From: a virus
Length of the DNA stretch: 5,911 bases
Virus record (IMG/VR): IMGVR_UViG_3300008807_000868
Span: 1-5,911 of that record
Reading direction: 5' to 3' (one strand)
A program made the position numbers and the translations under genes. Below are positions 4,000-5,911 of this stretch, one piece after another. The first letter of the stretch is position 1. Every line of letters begins with the position of its first letter. Below the pieces are notes generated by a model, which ran no database searches, was not told the DNA's origin, and saw only the letters and a program-made list of their open reading frames with translations.

Positions 4000-4877
4000 T
4001 GCCCGGCTTTTTGGGCGGCCTTCTCGGTGGCGTCGGGCGGTTGGTTTCGTCCGTCGCCCCCTCCTTGGTTGGTGGTATGTTCGGCCTCGCGCAGCAGCGT
4101 GAGGCGAACAAGGGCACCGATCTTGTCCAGCTTCGCGACTCGGCTTTGCGGGCTGGTTTTAACCCGTTGACGGTTCTGACCGCGACGGGTGGCGCCGGGT
4201 TCCAGCGGAATTTCTCGCCCGATTTGGCATCCGGCGCCTTCGTCGCCGATGCCGTCGCGCGTGGTCTGGATACGGTGTTCAATCGTCCTTCGGTTGATCG
4301 CGCTGCCGAGCAGATCAGACAGAGCCAGTTCCGCCGCGATGCGGCGGCGGTCTCGGCGGTCAATCGGCTGCCGCGACCGTTCGGCTATTCGCTGACCTCC
4401 GAGGTCGCCGGCGGCGGCGGTACAGGCGCCGTATCGCCGGCTTTGTCCGGTGTTTTCAGCCCGAGGCCTGTTTCTCGTCCCGTGACGGTCCACGATTACG
4501 CGACGGGGCGCGATATGAGCATTCCCTCGCGTGTGGCCGAGCGGCTGGGTCTTTCTAATGGAGACGCCATCATTGCCGAGGACTTCGAGGCTATCGGTGG
4601 TGACCTTGCGGGTGAGGCTCAGGGTCTGATTGGCGCCGTTGGCAGCGGCGGTTCGTTCGGGCTTCGCACCAACCCGCGCAGTGCGGACGACGCCCCTTGG
4701 GCTCTTGCCGATGGCGCGCGTTCTCTGGTGACTGGGCGGGCGCCGGGTGCTTCGTCCGGTTCGTCGTCCGGTCGCGATCCGTGGCAGCGTCCCGCCGGAT
4801 GGCGTGGTTTCGCGGAGGGACTGTTCTTTCCGTTTGGTTTGACGCCCGCCCTCGCTCGTGGGTGGCGTCCGTGGTGA
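3999..4877 (+). CDS. DNA pilot / minor capsid protein (Microviridae VP2 / H-like), 292 aa
   Basis: Gly-rich hydrophobic N-terminus MPGFLGGLLGGVGRLVSSVAPSLVGGMFG, followed by LRAGFNPL (4146-4169), which matches the AG(L/I/F)NP motif I recall from gokushovirus VP2 proteins. The rest is long, Gly/Ser/Ala-rich and low in complexity. The gene sits immediately upstream of the capsid gene. ATG 3999 overlaps the upstream stop, and GTG 3996 is an alternative start. TGA stop at 4875-4877. Confidence 0.7.
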   Translation: MPGFLGGLLGGVGRLVSSVAPSLVGGMFGLAQQREANKGTDLVQLRDSALRAGFNPLTVLTATGGAGFQRNFSPDLASGAFVADAVARGLDTVFNRPSVDRAAEQIRQSQFRRDAAAVSAVNRLPRPFGYSLTSEVAGGGGTGAVSPALSGVFSPRPVSRPVTVHDYATGRDMSIPSRVAERLGLSNGDAIIAEDFEAIGGDLAGEAQGLIGAVGSGGSFGLRTNPRSADDAPWALADGARSLVTGRAPGASSGSSSGRDPWQRPAGWRGFAEGLFFPFGLTPALARGWRPW

Positions 4878-4897
4878 CCCGTCGCCGCTGTCACGTG

Positions 4898-4930
4898 TGC
4901 CGCGTAGCTCGCCGCGCGGCAGTTTTTCTT
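4898..4930 (+). terminator. Intrinsic-terminator-like hairpin followed by a T-run, between the pilot and capsid genes
   Basis: tgccgcg (4898-4904) pairs with cgcggca (4915-4921), a 7-bp stem with 6 GC pairs and a 10-nt loop. It is followed by g-ttttt-ctt (4922-4930). Confidence 0.4.
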
Positions 4931-4961
4931 CGTCGCAAACTTGGCCTGAGGAGGGCCTGAA

Positions 4962-5911
4962 ATGAAGGTTGTCGAAAGTATCTCGGCTGAGCCGATCCCG
5001 GTGCAGAAGTCGGTCAGGGGCGATGAAATCCGCTCCCTGACGACGTGCTTTGCCGGGAAGATCGTGCCGGTGGCCTATATCCCCCTGCTCCGTGAGGACA
5101 GGGTTTCGAGCGGGCGTCTGCGGATGCGCTTGCAGATGGCCGAGACGGTGCATCCCTTGATGAACGCGGTGAACGTCACGGCCTATGTCCATTTCATCCC
5201 GTTCCTCGCGTTCGAGCGGTTCTCGGGTATGGACAGCCTGAACAAGTCCTATCAGGGCGTGAAGGAGCGCGCAGCCGATGCGGCGCCGGTCCCGTTCGTC
5301 ACGACCATCAACTTCGACAAGGCCGCCGAGTTCTGGAAGACGCTCGGTGTCCATTGGAAGCAGGGGCAGCCGATCAATGCGGCTTTGGTCGAGGCCTACA
5401 ATGTCCTCGTGAACTTCCGCCGGGCGGCGCGGTCGGATCGGCTCGCGCGTCGGACGCTGACCGATACGACGCTTGCGGCGGCATTCTGGAGGAACCCCAA
5501 TCTCTGGCACATCGTTCCCGATTTCGATCAGGCCGCGATCGATGGTGAGGTCGATTTGGTCCTTCCTCCGACTCAGCTTCCGGTGAAGGGCATTGGGCTG
5601 AATGTGACCGGGCAGACGGCCGCGGCGGCCACTACCTTCCGTGAGACCGGGGGCGCTGCCGGTGTTACGGCCAATGCGTGGACGTCTCAGAGCTACGCGG
5701 GTTCTATTGTCATCAAACAGGGCAGCGGTAACTTCCCCGGTATCTTCGCCGAGTTGGCAAGTACCGGCGTGAAGCTGTCGCTCGCGAATATCGAGCTAGC
5801 CAAGCAGACCGCGGCCTTTGCGCGGATGCGGGAGCAATATCAGGGCCTCGATGATGACCATCTGATTGACCTCCTGATGGAGGGCATCAGGGTGCCCGAA
5901 GAGGCGATGAA
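4962..5911 (+). CDS. Microviridae major capsid protein (VP1 / F-like), N-terminal part. It is open at the window end and continues at nt 2 after circularisation.
   Basis: SD GGAGG at 4950-4954 lies 7 nt upstream of ATG 4962. I translated it by hand with no stop before the window end. The N-terminal pattern ...AGKIVPVAYIPLLREDRVSSGRLRMRLQMAETVHPLMNAVNVTAYVHFIPFLAFERF matches the conserved G-x-IVP...P...V-x-V....F-x-P architecture of microvirus capsid proteins. The last 99 nt duplicate nt 1-99. Confidence 0.9.
   Translation, partial: MKVVESISAEPIPVQKSVRGDEIRSLTTCFAGKIVPVAYIPLLREDRVSSGRLRMRLQMAETVHPLMNAVNVTAYVHFIPFLAFERFSGMDSLNKSYQGVKERAADAAPVPFVTTINFDKAAEFWKTLGVHWKQGQPINAALVEAYNVLVNFRRAARSDRLARRTLTDTTLAAAFWRNPNLWHIVPDFDQAAIDGEVDLVLPPTQLPVKGIGLNVTGQTAAAATTFRETGGAAGVTANAWTSQSYAGSIVIKQGSGNFPGIFAELASTGVKLSLANIELAKQTAAFARMREQYQGLDDDHLIDLLMEGIRVPEEAM
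5813..5911. repeat. Right copy of the exact 99-nt terminal direct repeat (circularisation overlap)
   Basis: Identical to nt 1-99. Confidence 0.95.

Noticed and set aside
3819-5510. 563-aa minus-strand ORF, the longest ORF in the track
   Set aside because: It is antisense to the pilot and capsid genes. Its product is Arg/Pro/Gly-rich with no recognisable motif, which is typical of stop-poor antisense frames in GC-rich DNA. Microviridae encode all genes on one strand, and the + strand genes here have SD sites and family motifs.

Overview
The window is one complete, circularly permuted ssDNA phage genome of the family Microviridae, of the gokushovirus-like type rather than the phiX174-like type. 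The unit length is 5,812 nt. Bases 1-99 are repeated exactly at 5813-5911. The major capsid protein ORF that runs off the 3' end (ATG 4962) continues in frame into 2..766, giving 538 aa once circularised. All credible genes lie on the + strand and are tightly packed, several with SD-like sites and start/stop overlaps. In order they are: the capsid C-terminal part (2..766), a 164-aa unknown (777..1271), an M15/LAS-type zinc peptidase that is a putative endolysin (1268..1846), an HUH rolling-circle Rep, VP4-like (1923..2699), a very basic low-complexity 149-aa ORF (2680..3129), a 34-aa single-TM peptide absent from the ORF track (3133..3237), a ~385-nt hairpin-rich non-coding region (3238..3622), a 44-aa hydrophobic peptide (3623..3757), an 81-aa acidic unknown (3754..3999), a VP2-like DNA pilot protein (3999..4877) and the capsid N-terminal part (4962..5911). 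The long minus-strand ORFs look like high-GC antisense artefacts. I saw no tRNA, rRNA, CRISPR, integrase or transposase. The points most worth follow-up are: (1) a muralytic M15 peptidase with no signal sequence, plus two tiny membrane peptides that could supply holin function; (2) an ~82-nt nested stem-loop in the only large non-coding region, a candidate replication or priming element; (3) a 141-nt stretch with a single A that leaves all six frames open and coincides with the odd basic ORF. All functional calls come from motif recognition by eye. No database search was run.
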